Origin: Candidatus Helarchaeota archaeon
GTDB lineage: Archaea > Asgardarchaeota > Lokiarchaeia > Helarchaeales > RDOG01
Length of the DNA stretch: 64,000 nt
Assembly (NCBI GenBank): GCA_019058315.1
Contig: JAHPZH010000004.1
Span: forward strand, 416,001-480,000
Direction: 5' to 3'
The position numbers were made by a program, and so were the translations under genes. Shown in pieces: positions 28,912 through 39,264 of the stretch. How positions within the stretch are numbered: position 1 is the stretch's first letter; each line of letters starts with the position of its first letter. The notes under the pieces were generated by a model, which made no database searches, had not been told where the DNA came from, and saw nothing but the letters and a program-made list of their open reading frames with translations.

Positions 28912-30033
28912 ATGCCCATTGGAATGCTTGTTTTTACTTGGGACGACAGAATCGGAGCAGACATAAAAGCGAAAATTCCAAAAGATTTAGAGATACCAGA
29001 ACAGACTATAAAGCAGATTTATTCCTCTCACTTTCTTGAAGAAAGTGGCGGGTTTTTATCCTTAATCATTGGAGCTTTGAATGTAGCAAGTTATTATACG
29101 GGTTCAGAGCTCAGTTATTTCATATCTTTATTATTAACAATAGAAGAAGATCCTGATGATTATGAAGATGCAATAATTGATGCTGCACGATTTATCATAA
29201 CTAATATGGCTAATGAACGATATATAGAGTTATTATCGAATATTTATGAACGAATTTCATTATATCCCTCATTCGAAGAAGAACAAAAGCTTGCACTTGT
29301 TTATATCGATGAAGTAAAACGGTTAATTATTGATAGACTAGTGGAAGATGGCAATGCTACAAAAAATGACCTACTAAATTGGTTAAAAGAAAAATTAAAT
29401 GTTGAATATCTTAATATTGATGGCATTCTTAATTCCTTAGTTAAATTAGGTCTCATAAAAATCGCCTCAGTAAAGGGCTTACCTAGTGAATCTGTATTTT
29501 TAACAAATGATGTTTTTATAACACGTATTCCTCCTGGACACATAATAAAACAAGCAAGAGGTAAAAAAATAAGTGACGCCATGAGATCGGAATTTATTTC
29601 TAATATGAAGGCATATTTTGAAAGGTATAAACCAACATTGGATGATGAAAAAACTATTTCAGAAATAATAGCTGACATCGATACATACACGATCTTGAAT
29701 TTACTAAGATTATCCCCAGTTACCCGAAAGGGGTTAGATAAAGTCAAGAAGAAAGTTAAAAATATCGATTTGTCACTAAAAAAAATTTGGTCAGCAGGCA
29801 TCATTCAAGTATTAAAAGATAAATCAGGTGAGGAATATTTTTTCCTAAAAACAGATATTCGAATAGAAAAATTCTATCCCGAATATATGATTGATATAAT
29901 TCGAACCAGTTTTAATAATCGAACAGTTGCTAACGCTGTATTAATAGAGCATCTAAAAAATCTCAAAGATACCTATGAAACACAATTTAAAATAAAAAAG
30001 AAAAAAAATAAAGAGGAGAAACCAGGTGATTAA
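28912..30033 (+). CDS. Longin/uDENN-like + tandem winged-helix protein
   Basis: WDDRIG..P N-terminal motif; two wH-like segments (ILNSLVKLGLIKI; LKKIWSAGIIQV..EEYF). Confidence 0.55.
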   Translation: MPIGMLVFTWDDRIGADIKAKIPKDLEIPEQTIKQIYSSHFLEESGGFLSLIIGALNVASYYTGSELSYFISLLLTIEEDPDDYEDAIIDAARFIITNMANERYIELLSNIYERISLYPSFEEEQKLALVYIDEVKRLIIDRLVEDGNATKNDLLNWLKEKLNVEYLNIDGILNSLVKLGLIKIASVKGLPSESVFLTNDVFITRIPPGHIIKQARGKKISDAMRSEFISNMKAYFERYKPTLDDEKTISEIIADIDTYTILNLLRLSPVTRKGLDKVKKKVKNIDLSLKKIWSAGIIQVLKDKSGEEYFFLKTDIRIEKFYPEYMIDIIRTSFNNRTVANAVLIEHLKNLKDTYETQFKIKKKKNKEEKPGD

Positions 30034-30034
30034 T

Positions 30035-33000
30035 ATGAAAAGCAGTTCGATTTTTAAAAAAGGACTTCAATTTTGTTTGTTAATTGTATTTATCACTAGT
30101 CTTTTTATAGGTTTACATTCAACAAATCGTGACACAAATATTTTTACAAATACTCCCGAAAATTCCCGACACCCCATGGAATTCACAAATCCAATTACCA
30201 TTTCAAAATCTTTACCTAGAGCAGAGTGGTGGAATACCTCATTTCAATATAGAAAACAAATTAATATTACAAACCAATATGATTATGATTTAAATAATTT
30301 TAAAATATCGTTTCAATTTAATTACAGCCAACTGGTTAGCCTGGGAAAAATGCAAAATGATTTAGAAGATATAAGAATCGTTGAAAACGGAACATTATTA
30401 AGATATTATTATATAAAAAATTCACCCACAGCTGGTTTAGCAACGGTTTGGTTCGAAACAAACGTTTCTGCCACATCTTCATATTATTATTCATATATGT
30501 ATTATGGAAATGATACCGTATCCAAAGCTTTAGACTATTATGATGATGAATATTTTGGAATGTTATGGTATGATTTTGAAGATTATAATTCATCAACAGC
30601 AAGAGATTTGATGGGTAAAAATAATGGGACTATTTTTGATGTAGGAGATCATGTAAATTATGTTACTGGTCATGCAGGAAATTATGCGTTAGATTTTGAT
30701 GATACACAGACCGAAGCTTATATTAGTATTCCTAATGATGCAATAAATGGAATATATAATTTTACCATTTGTTTTTGGGCCACTGCTGGACATAGTGGAG
30801 AATATTTAATTTCGGGCTCATACGCAGGAAATCATAACTATATGTTAATGAGGTCCCCTACAGCAGCAGGTTGGCACTTTTATATCTGGATGAGAAATGG
30901 AACAACTCCCCATATTTATACGGATTTAGTTCGAACAGATGGGCTTATATATTCCAATCCAGGTAATCCCGTTTATATAAGTCCTGGTGGATTAATATGG
31001 GCACAAGAACAAGATTCATTAGGAGGCTCGTTTGATCCAAACCAAGCTTTTTCAGGTTCCATCGATGATATCAAGTTTTTTAACCATGATCTATCCTATA
31101 CAGAATTAATTTGGTTATTTAATAATTATACTTTGGATATTTCACTTTTAGGAGAAGAGGTGGCTAGCACTGAGTTTACAGTATTTGTCAAAGATATTGA
31201 AGGTAATTCCGTTCCTGGAGCGGAGGTTAATATATATAATCAATCTGATATCTTGTATCTTCCTGTATTTGGTTATTTTACGAAAAATACCACCTCAAGT
31301 GGAAGCGTAACTTTTGAGGGTGTTCCATTTGGAATGTATAACATAACCGTTAATTATACTTCTACCGAAGGTTTAACCGAAATTGTTAATATTTCTTTAA
31401 ATGTACAAATGAATGAAGTACAGCAAAATTTTACTATCAACACAATACTTTGGACAATTAATTTTAACATTACTGATATTGATTATCAACCAATGGAAAC
31501 AGGTTGGGTTATAGTAAAGAATTTTACGAGTGGTCAAACAATTTCAAATATAACTGTAAACAGTTCTGGAATAGCAATATTTAGATGGTTAAATCACACG
31601 GTAAATTGGACCGGGTTTACTAATATATATAATGTTATTGGTTATAATTATTCTGTATTTTACAATAATTCATTATATAATGGACATCCGTTATTAGTCA
31701 ATGAAAGTATGGTACCAAATATCATCTATTTTCATCAAAACCTTGTTTTTATAATTACTAATCTAACAACATTAAATTTTTTATTGTATTCTAAAGATAC
31801 ATCTGAAATTTTAAATGGTGCAACTATTTTTATTTTTAGAGATAATAACACAGATAATCATGTTGTAAATTTATCTGCACCATTAGGTATTGCAACTTTT
31901 CGATGGGTTAAAAGAGAAGCACCAGAAAATTATACTATGCGTATTTGGTTTTATTCATATAAAGAATTCAATGTATCTGAATCGTTAGATGATTTAGCAT
32001 ATTTTTATAACTTTACATTAACTGCAAAGAAAAATCTAACTTTTTATGTTGCAGTAAATCCAGCAAACTTTAAAACTGAACTAATTTCAATGAATCCCAG
32101 TCCTCTAATTGTTACATATATAAGCTATGATATAGAATTTTACGTTTTATTTAATATTACATCAAATCCAGGAGGAACAAATGGAACTGCATGGGCAGAT
32201 TCTGTAGTATGGACTCTGAAAAGAGGAACTACAATTCTTAATTCTGGATCCTTTGAAAGGATAGAAAATTCTCAATATGATAGGGGCCTATACTTTCTTA
32301 AATTAAATACAATTGATGAAGGTATTATAGACACTTCAAAAATATATATACTTCAAGTTAGAGCCTCAAAAAGTGGTTTTGGTGAACCTCAAAATCTTTA
32401 TTATACTCTATCTGTAAATGAGCTTCCCACTCAATTTAGCGCTGATAGGAGTCTTGATATTCCAATAGGTAAATATTGGAAACAGAATTTAACTGTGTTG
32501 TTCAACTATCAAGGTGTAATTTTAGAAGAAATTGAAATTCAAGATTCTTATCCAATAATTACTAATCATAGCGGAAGTGTAAACTTAGAGCCATATATTA
32601 CATCCTTTACAAACCATTGGAATTTGACTGGTTTATTTTTTAATTTTTCAGCCATAAATACGTCTTCAGTGTTACTTCAATGGCCTGAATTTATAAAAAT
32701 GAATGTTACATATGGTTCTAATAAGTATGAAGTTATTAATGGAATCAATCCAGGTTTTGGATACGTAAATATAACAAAAGAAAATTTGAATTTGTATCAA
32801 AATTCATATCAATTTGGGGTTGAAGGAAATGGACTAAGCAATTATTCTGTTCAAGTTACTGCATATTTTGAACGATATTTTACTAGTTCTAAAACAATCA
32901 ATTCCAATGATTCAAAAACTCAAGGAACTCTTACGATCGATGGTCCTAATGATTACAGAAATCTTGTGTACATTAAATTTGAGATCTTCGATATCAAAAA

Positions 33001-34903
33001 TACTAGTGATTTCATCGTTAATGCATCCGATGTTCTGATGAACATCACTATCCCTGGATATGGTGATACTTTAAACGTTATGGATACGGGGACTAATGGA
33101 CAAGGTGTCCTTGAATTATCTAATTATACTATTATTCCAATTAATTCTAGGTTTAATTTTACTATTAATAGCACTGAAATGAAAAGTTATTCAATTAATA
33201 TAACATCAGGTTTTGAGTCAACTTTTAAAAAACAAGATAATTTAGAAAGCACACAAACTAGTCAATTCTATACTATATTATACGCAAGTAGCACTATTAA
33301 TGTAACAGAACCAGTTGATTCTTGGAATCTAACAAGACTTTTAATTGAATTTACTAATCTAAATGAAACGTCAATAAACAAGACTTTTTATCCCAGTCAA
33401 GCCAATATGAGTGTATGGCATAATGGAATAAACTACATCGTATTAGATGGCGAAGTAAATGGTTCTGGATATGTAATCATTCCACTTATAAATGAAAATG
33501 GGAATAAGACTTTAGTTTTTACAATAACTACTAATCTTTCAACTTTATTTACATATGATGCACAATTTCAAAGGTCATTTAAATATCAAGAACTCCTACC
33601 CCTCTCAGATGCAGATGTATCTTGGCAATATTCGACACTATCTGGCGATATTTCGGAAATTTCTGCTGGGAACTATAATTTTACTTTAAATACAAGTGTT
33701 TTTTTACCTACATCTGAAACAAAGTTGATTCATATAGTAGCTACTAAAGAATTTTACCAAACAAATTCTAGTTCATATGTTAAACTCATTTTAAATGAGA
33801 GAGTTACTTTATTAAACAGCAGTAGACGTAATTTTTACGAAATTCAATTTTATGCATTACAAAGTGCTTTAATTTCATTTAATTACACAGATGAATTATC
33901 AGGCAACACCTTAAAATCCGATGCTTTGGGAAATGTAAGTGCTACTTTTTCCTGGTATGACTTAAATGATCCAAATAATGTATATAATGGAAATTTGACT
34001 GAAGTTGGTAACTATTTCGTACTTGATTTTGACACCGACTTAAAAAAAATAGGTAAATACGTCATTGCAGTCAATATAAAACGTGATAATTATTCCCAAC
34101 CTACTATATTGCTATTTTTAAGTATCCAACAAAGACCAATAAAAATAAATCTAGTTCCACCAGTTATAACATTACCGCAAAAAACTGCAAGTATGATTTT
34201 TATAACATTAGAAGACGAAATTTCAGGAAATACGCTAACAGGATTTGAAGTTAATTATTTTATTGACGGTATACCTATGGGTTCCTTGATTGATCAAGGG
34301 GATGGTAATTACATGCTTCCTGTTACAGCTGCGACTTTGGCTGTAGGTGGGCATTATATTCTCATATCAATGGAACATGATAATTATACGATGCCTATTT
34401 CAGCAGTAAGTTTAACCGTGACCTATGAACAAATATTTGGAATTGATGCTCCAATTTTTTACACAATAATAATTGCTGTAGCAGTTGTTATCGCTGCGTT
34501 GTCAATTTATACGGCAATAAAATCTGCTAGAATCCCATATGTGATTAAAAAAATCGATGAAACTATAAAATTTATTGAAAAAGGTAAAGATAAAATTAAT
34601 AGTCCGATAATGAAATCAAAAGAACTTATCTTTTTAGAGAAATTTGGCAGTGATTGGCAAGTATTATCCTTAGAACCACCAATAAAACCAATAAAGGTAA
34701 GAGATGAAACAATCGAAGAATTTAAGGATCTCTTATACAGCATGAAAGGTATTAAAATGACAATAAAGGAAATTGAGAATCTTAAATTAAAATTGAGAAA
34801 AATCTCAGAAAATGAAGCCACAATTCTCCTTCAATCTATGGGTATTCCGCCAGATGCTAGCGAAAAACTAATTAAATTAGCAAAAAATAATACACGAGGT
34901 TAA
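30035..34903 (+). CDS. Giant surface glycoprotein: DUF2341-like + LamG/pentraxin + Ig-like repeats + TM + cytoplasmic tail
   Basis: Signal/TM N-terminus; WWNTSFQYRKQINI..DIRIV..YMYYGN; QEQDSLGGSFDPNQAFSG; very many NxS/T sequons; TM near the C-terminus; ATG 5 nt after AGGTGA. Confidence 0.8.
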   Translation: MKSSSIFKKGLQFCLLIVFITSLFIGLHSTNRDTNIFTNTPENSRHPMEFTNPITISKSLPRAEWWNTSFQYRKQINITNQYDYDLNNFKISFQFNYSQLVSLGKMQNDLEDIRIVENGTLLRYYYIKNSPTAGLATVWFETNVSATSSYYYSYMYYGNDTVSKALDYYDDEYFGMLWYDFEDYNSSTARDLMGKNNGTIFDVGDHVNYVTGHAGNYALDFDDTQTEAYISIPNDAINGIYNFTICFWATAGHSGEYLISGSYAGNHNYMLMRSPTAAGWHFYIWMRNGTTPHIYTDLVRTDGLIYSNPGNPVYISPGGLIWAQEQDSLGGSFDPNQAFSGSIDDIKFFNHDLSYTELIWLFNNYTLDISLLGEEVASTEFTVFVKDIEGNSVPGAEVNIYNQSDILYLPVFGYFTKNTTSSGSVTFEGVPFGMYNITVNYTSTEGLTEIVNISLNVQMNEVQQNFTINTILWTINFNITDIDYQPMETGWVIVKNFTSGQTISNITVNSSGIAIFRWLNHTVNWTGFTNIYNVIGYNYSVFYNNSLYNGHPLLVNESMVPNIIYFHQNLVFIITNLTTLNFLLYSKDTSEILNGATIFIFRDNNTDNHVVNLSAPLGIATFRWVKREAPENYTMRIWFYSYKEFNVSESLDDLAYFYNFTLTAKKNLTFYVAVNPANFKTELISMNPSPLIVTYISYDIEFYVLFNITSNPGGTNGTAWADSVVWTLKRGTTILNSGSFERIENSQYDRGLYFLKLNTIDEGIIDTSKIYILQVRASKSGFGEPQNLYYTLSVNELPTQFSADRSLDIPIGKYWKQNLTVLFNYQGVILEEIEIQDSYPIITNHSGSVNLEPYITSFTNHWNLTGLFFNFSAINTSSVLLQWPEFIKMNVTYGSNKYEVINGINPGFGYVNITKENLNLYQNSYQFGVEGNGLSNYSVQVTAYFERYFTSSKTINSNDSKTQGTLTIDGPNDYRNLVYIKFEIFDIKNTSDFIVNASDVLMNITIPGYGDTLNVMDTGTNGQGVLELSNYTIIPINSRFNFTINSTEMKSYSINITSGFESTFKKQDNLESTQTSQFYTILYASSTINVTEPVDSWNLTRLLIEFTNLNETSINKTFYPSQANMSVWHNGINYIVLDGEVNGSGYVIIPLINENGNKTLVFTITTNLSTLFTYDAQFQRSFKYQELLPLSDADVSWQYSTLSGDISEISAGNYNFTLNTSVFLPTSETKLIHIVATKEFYQTNSSSYVKLILNERVTLLNSSRRNFYEIQFYALQSALISFNYTDELSGNTLKSDALGNVSATFSWYDLNDPNNVYNGNLTEVGNYFVLDFDTDLKKIGKYVIAVNIKRDNYSQPTILLFLSIQQRPIKINLVPPVITLPQKTASMIFITLEDEISGNTLTGFEVNYFIDGIPMGSLIDQGDGNYMLPVTAATLAVGGHYILISMEHDNYTMPISAVSLTVTYEQIFGIDAPIFYTIIIAVAVVIAALSIYTAIKSARIPYVIKKIDETIKFIEKGKDKINSPIMKSKELIFLEKFGSDWQVLSLEPPIKPIKVRDETIEEFKDLLYSMKGIKMTIKEIENLKLKLRKISENEATILLQSMGIPPDASEKLIKLAKNNTRG

Positions 34904-34906
34904 TAT

Positions 34907-35449
34907 ATGAGTGAATTTGACTTTTTATTTAAAATTATTATTGTTGGCGATGGTTTAGTAGGTAAGACTGCAATTCTCACACGTTTTATTGAGAATCGAT
35001 TTGAAGAGCACTATGCTATGACAAGAGGAGTGGACTTTGCTACAAAAATTATAAATACTAAAGGATATAAAGTAAATCTTCAAGTTTGGGATACTGGTGG
35101 TCAAGAAATATTCTCCCATATTCGCCCACTTTTTTATAAAGGTGCGGCAGCATCCATTAATGTGTTTGATTTAGCCAATCGTGAGAGTTTTGAAAACCTT
35201 CCTAAATGGATTGAGGAAGTTAAAAAAAAGTGTGGTGATATTCCTTTTATACTTGTTGGTAATAAATCCGACTTATCCAATCGAGCTATGGAAAATAAAG
35301 AAATAAATGATTTCTCTAAAAAAATGGGGATGAATTATCTAGAAACTTCCGCTAAAACTGGAAGTAATGTTTATGACTTATTTACCAAATTAAGTGAAAT
35401 GCTTCTAAATTCCGAAATAATTATATTAAAGAGGAAATCCCGTGATTAA
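34907..35449 (+). CDS. Rab-like small GTPase
   Basis: GDGLVGKT, WDTGGQE, NKSD, ETSAK; RabF-like GVDF, LQVW, FYKGA; no C-terminal Cys. Confidence 0.92.
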   Translation: MSEFDFLFKIIIVGDGLVGKTAILTRFIENRFEEHYAMTRGVDFATKIINTKGYKVNLQVWDTGGQEIFSHIRPLFYKGAAASINVFDLANRESFENLPKWIEEVKKKCGDIPFILVGNKSDLSNRAMENKEINDFSKKMGMNYLETSAKTGSNVYDLFTKLSEMLLNSEIIILKRKSRD

Positions 35450-35918
35450 TAGCATTCACATTATTTTAAATTCGGGGATACTAATTTTTAATAAATCATT
35501 TAAGGAGGAGGTATCATTTTTTAATTCTAAAGAATTTCTAATATCCGGATTATTTACTGCAATAAAACAATTAGTTCATGAAACATTAAAAGATGATTTG
35601 CAGGAATTAATACTTCAAAATCAAAAAATTTTCTTTACTTTTCATGAAAACTATTTCATCGTTCTTATTACACGATTTGATGCAGATAGTGAAAATATTA
35701 AAGAAATTTTAGCTGAAATAGATCAAAATTTTTCTGAAAAATACGATTTAAGTGATTATAAGGGAAGTATTGATGAATATTTTGATTTTGAACACATTGT
35801 AATTGGTATAATTGAAAAATATAAAACAAAAGAAATGAAATTAGCTGAAATCTATCAAAATATTATTAGTAAAAATATCAAATTATCAAAATTAAAAAAA
35901 AAGAGGTTTAATCAATGA
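35442..35918 (+). CDS. Longin-domain protein
   Basis: SIHIILNSGILIF..LISGLFTAI pattern. Confidence 0.7.
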   Translation: MINSIHIILNSGILIFNKSFKEEVSFFNSKEFLISGLFTAIKQLVHETLKDDLQELILQNQKIFFTFHENYFIVLITRFDADSENIKEILAEIDQNFSEKYDLSDYKGSIDEYFDFEHIVIGIIEKYKTKEMKLAEIYQNIISKNIKLSKLKKKRFNQ

Positions 35919-36871
35919 ATGAAAGTACAAAATTAGCCATTATAGGATTATCAAAAGCTGGTAAAACGTCAATTTATAGGCGTTGTTTTGAAAGACATAA
36001 CCTTAAAGATATTGAACAAACACCTCCAACCATTATGATTGCCCAAAATTTAATTAATCTAGGACATATTTCGAAAGGAATTAGTATATGGGATTTCGGA
36101 GGTCAAAAAACATTTCGAGACGCATATTTGCTTAATCCAGATTATTTTTCTCACACAAAGATAATTCTCTTTGTTGTAGATATATTAGCAAATGGTGATT
36201 TTTCAGAGGAAAAAGAATACTTCAGTTCTATCATAAAAATTTTTGAAGATTTAAAAATTGAAAGAAATCTAGAAAAACCAAAGATTTTTGTATTTTTACA
36301 TAAGTGTGATCCTGATAAAAAAAATAAAAATAATGAGCAAATTGCCAAAAGTATAATAGAAATGTCCCAAATTTTTGGTAGTGAAGTTCCTTATTTTATG
36401 ACTTCGATCTATGATGATTCTGCATGTAGATCATTAAATAATATCTTATTTTTCTCCCTTCCAGAAGAAATTATTAACCAAGTTTTTATGAGAGAATTCT
36501 TTGATGATATTAAAAAGGTAATTTCAGAAAAAATCAAGGAAACTCCTCAGCTCCAAATAACTGAAGTTTCTAAAGTTTTTGGAGATTTATTGGGGAGGAA
36601 ATTGCATGATTTATGGATTAACGCACCTTTAGAAAAAATTGAGGAGGTAGAAAGTAAATCATTAAAATCTATAATAACTGTTAGTGAAAAAGATCATAAT
36701 TACTTTAAAATGAGATGTCCTTATTATAATATTGAAAAAAAATGTTCCGAAGAAGATTGCATAATAGTCCATGGCTTTATTGCCGGAATTTTGACCTCAT
36801 TAAATTTGAGTAAAAGAAGTCTGAATATCAAACGAATTGAAGAAAATGGTGATTGCTATTTTATTTTTTAG
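35915..36871 (+). CDS. Rag/Gtr-like GTPase fused to a C-terminal V4R-like domain
   Basis: GLSKAGKTS, WDFGGQ, HKCD, TSIYD (Rag signatures); C-terminal CPY..CIIVHGFIAG..DCYF. Confidence 0.75.
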   Translation: MNESTKLAIIGLSKAGKTSIYRRCFERHNLKDIEQTPPTIMIAQNLINLGHISKGISIWDFGGQKTFRDAYLLNPDYFSHTKIILFVVDILANGDFSEEKEYFSSIIKIFEDLKIERNLEKPKIFVFLHKCDPDKKNKNNEQIAKSIIEMSQIFGSEVPYFMTSIYDDSACRSLNNILFFSLPEEIINQVFMREFFDDIKKVISEKIKETPQLQITEVSKVFGDLLGRKLHDLWINAPLEKIEEVESKSLKSIITVSEKDHNYFKMRCPYYNIEKKCSEEDCIIVHGFIAGILTSLNLSKRSLNIKRIEENGDCYFIF

Positions 36872-36965
36872 TATTTTTACTTTATTTTGTACCTGAAAAT
36901 AAATAAAAAGCTAAAAAAGAGTAGAAATGATTCTATGAATATTTTAAAATAGAATAAAAATAGAA

Positions 36966-38015
36966 TTGATTAAAAAAGGGAGCATTGTGGATAAAGAAAT
37001 AATTAATGGTCTGATTTACACGAAATTCGATCCCAGAATTGGACCAAAAGCATTCATCTCGGTTCCCGCAGATCTGTCTGAAGAGATAAAATCTCTAATT
37101 AGTGTAAAATCGCTTACAATATTTTCTGGGGAAAAAGATGCCATTCCAAAATCATTAGCCATGATTCCATTTCCCTCCTTGGATATGAAAGGGTTGACCA
37201 AATGTTTGAGAATAGTAGACGAAACACAAAGAGGGGGAATTATCGACTGCGCAATTACATTAATTTTTGATGAAGGTAATGATATCATATTTTATAAATA
37301 TATGAAGAATTTTGAGGCAATTTTTAAAGAAGCTACAGATAATATAATTAAATTAGAAGATTTAAAAGCAGATAAAGTAAAAATTTCGAAACAAATTGAT
37401 AAATTATATATTGATTTAATTAAAATTTTAAATGAATTACGTGATGGAGAAATTTTATCTCAAGAGAAAGAAGTTCTAAAAAAAATTATCAATGAAGAAA
37501 ATGTAAATAATTATAGATTTAAAATAATAGTTTGTGGGGATATTTCAGTAGGAAAAACTTCAATCGTTATGTCTTTTACTGATAACATTTTTGCAAGATC
37601 ATACAAACCAACTATAGGAGTCAATGTTTGTGAAAAACAAGTTCTTTATGAAAATAATAAAATTCAATTTTTAATATGGGATATTGCAGGACATAGCAGA
37701 TTTGAAACAATGAGAAAACATTTCTATATAGGTACAAATGGAATATTTTTGGTATTTGACTTGACAAACATTGAATCTTTTCATAATCTTTCTGTTTGGT
37801 ACCAAGATATTAAAAAACATATAAAAAATAATATCCATGGAATAATAATTGGAAACAAGAAAGATTTGAAGGATCAAAGAAAATTAAAAAAGGAAGAAAT
37901 ATTACAGTACGCAAAAAAGATAAATTTTGAATATATAGAAACTTCAGCATTAACTGGAGAAAATATTGAGGAAGCTTTTAGTAAAATTGGTAAAGAATTG
38001 TCCAAATTTTCTTAA
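36966..38015 (+). CDS. Longin/uDENN-like domain + Rab-like GTPase fusion
   Basis: FDPRIGP..P and RGG motif in N-terminal half; GDISVGKTS, PTIGV, WDIAGH, NKKD, ETSAL. Confidence 0.85.
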   Translation: MIKKGSIVDKEIINGLIYTKFDPRIGPKAFISVPADLSEEIKSLISVKSLTIFSGEKDAIPKSLAMIPFPSLDMKGLTKCLRIVDETQRGGIIDCAITLIFDEGNDIIFYKYMKNFEAIFKEATDNIIKLEDLKADKVKISKQIDKLYIDLIKILNELRDGEILSQEKEVLKKIINEENVNNYRFKIIVCGDISVGKTSIVMSFTDNIFARSYKPTIGVNVCEKQVLYENNKIQFLIWDIAGHSRFETMRKHFYIGTNGIFLVFDLTNIESFHNLSVWYQDIKKHIKNNIHGIIIGNKKDLKDQRKLKKEEILQYAKKINFEYIETSALTGENIEEAFSKIGKELSKFS

Positions 38016-38046
38016 TGAAAAAAATAAAAAATATTTATATTGTTTT

Positions 38047-39240
38047 CTATTCTGCTTTTCGTAATTTAAGTACAGATTTTAGTTCATCCTTTAATTCCGA
38101 TCTTATAGTCTTAACTTGTCCTAAATCATCCAAACTTCTGATAACTTCATATTTATTTCTTGCAATTGCTGATTTATTTTGCATTACCCCTTTCATATTA
38201 TCAACCCATTCTCTAATATTTTCAACTAACCCCTCTAAATTAATAAAACGTTCTTCAATAGAAGCACTTAAATTAATTATTATATTCAAAACACGCTCTA
38301 TTGAATTTCCCAAGTGTTTAGTTATATCCTCTTTTTCTTCTAATGGTGGTTTTAGACAATTTCGAATTTCAGAAATTACATTCTTATTTGCTCCCAAATA
38401 ATTATAAATGCTGTATGTAGACATTTCATATTTTAAATCCGTTTTTTCAAACAGTCCAACAATTTGCGTTGCTAATTTTTGAATAGAGTCTTGTATTTCC
38501 TTATTCTCTTTAATATCTGGGTCAACTTTATGTAACAATATTAAAAATTCTGGATTTTCTTTAAAATCAATAATTGTTTTTAAAATATCTTCTAAATATT
38601 TTATAGCGCTTGAATATTTCTCAGGTTCTTGAATATCTATTACGAAAATTAAAAGATCAATATTCGTAAAATATTTTTCAGCATTTTGGAGATATTCATT
38701 TCGAAATTGTATTTGACCACCCATATCCCAAAAAATTAGATCACTATCTAATTTATTGATTTTAACCCTTTCTACTCCCATTGTAGGTGGTAATTTACGA
38801 AGAATGTCAAGCTTAACATTATCTTGTAAAAAGTGTAAAAGGGTGGTTTTTCCTGCATTATCCAATCCGACAATTAAGATTTTCTTTAGATCATAAATCT
38901 CTTGAACTTTTTCGGATTCTTCTTCTTTTTCAATTCCTTCGGTCTCCTTTGGCTCAGGGGCTCTAAGCGCGTTTATTTTCTTTGCAATATAAACCCATTT
39001 ACTAAATCGATATTTTTTAATGCCCAAAGTCCTCAATTTTAAAATTTCATCATGTTTTACTTGTTTATCTGATAATTCTGCAATAGTTGAAATATCTAAA
39101 ACTTTTTGTAGATTTTGGAATGTTTTTTTACCAATTCCCTTAATGTGTGTTAAATCTAAATCCTTAAGTTCCTCTAAATTCGAAATTTCCTTGGGTATAT
39201 CTATTACTTCTTTTATATTATATGGTACTGATTTTATAAT
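38047..39240 (-). CDS. HhH-motif + Arf/Rag-hybrid GTPase + coiled coil (probable ATT start)
   Basis: Frame stays open 68 codons upstream of the listed TTG and encodes LTHIKGIGKKT; GAGGTGA 5 nt before ATT; GLDNAGKTT, WDMGGQ, HKVD. Confidence 0.75.
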   Translation of the reverse strand: MIKSVPYNIKEVIDIPKEISNLEELKDLDLTHIKGIGKKTFQNLQKVLDISTIAELSDKQVKHDEILKLRTLGIKKYRFSKWVYIAKKINALRAPEPKETEGIEKEEESEKVQEIYDLKKILIVGLDNAGKTTLLHFLQDNVKLDILRKLPPTMGVERVKINKLDSDLIFWDMGGQIQFRNEYLQNAEKYFTNIDLLIFVIDIQEPEKYSSAIKYLEDILKTIIDFKENPEFLILLHKVDPDIKENKEIQDSIQKLATQIVGLFEKTDLKYEMSTYSIYNYLGANKNVISEIRNCLKPPLEEKEDITKHLGNSIERVLNIIINLSASIEERFINLEGLVENIREWVDNMKGVMQNKSAIARNKYEVIRSLDDLGQVKTIRSELKDELKSVLKLRKAE

Positions 39241-39264
39241 TTAAATCACCTCTTATTCTTATTT

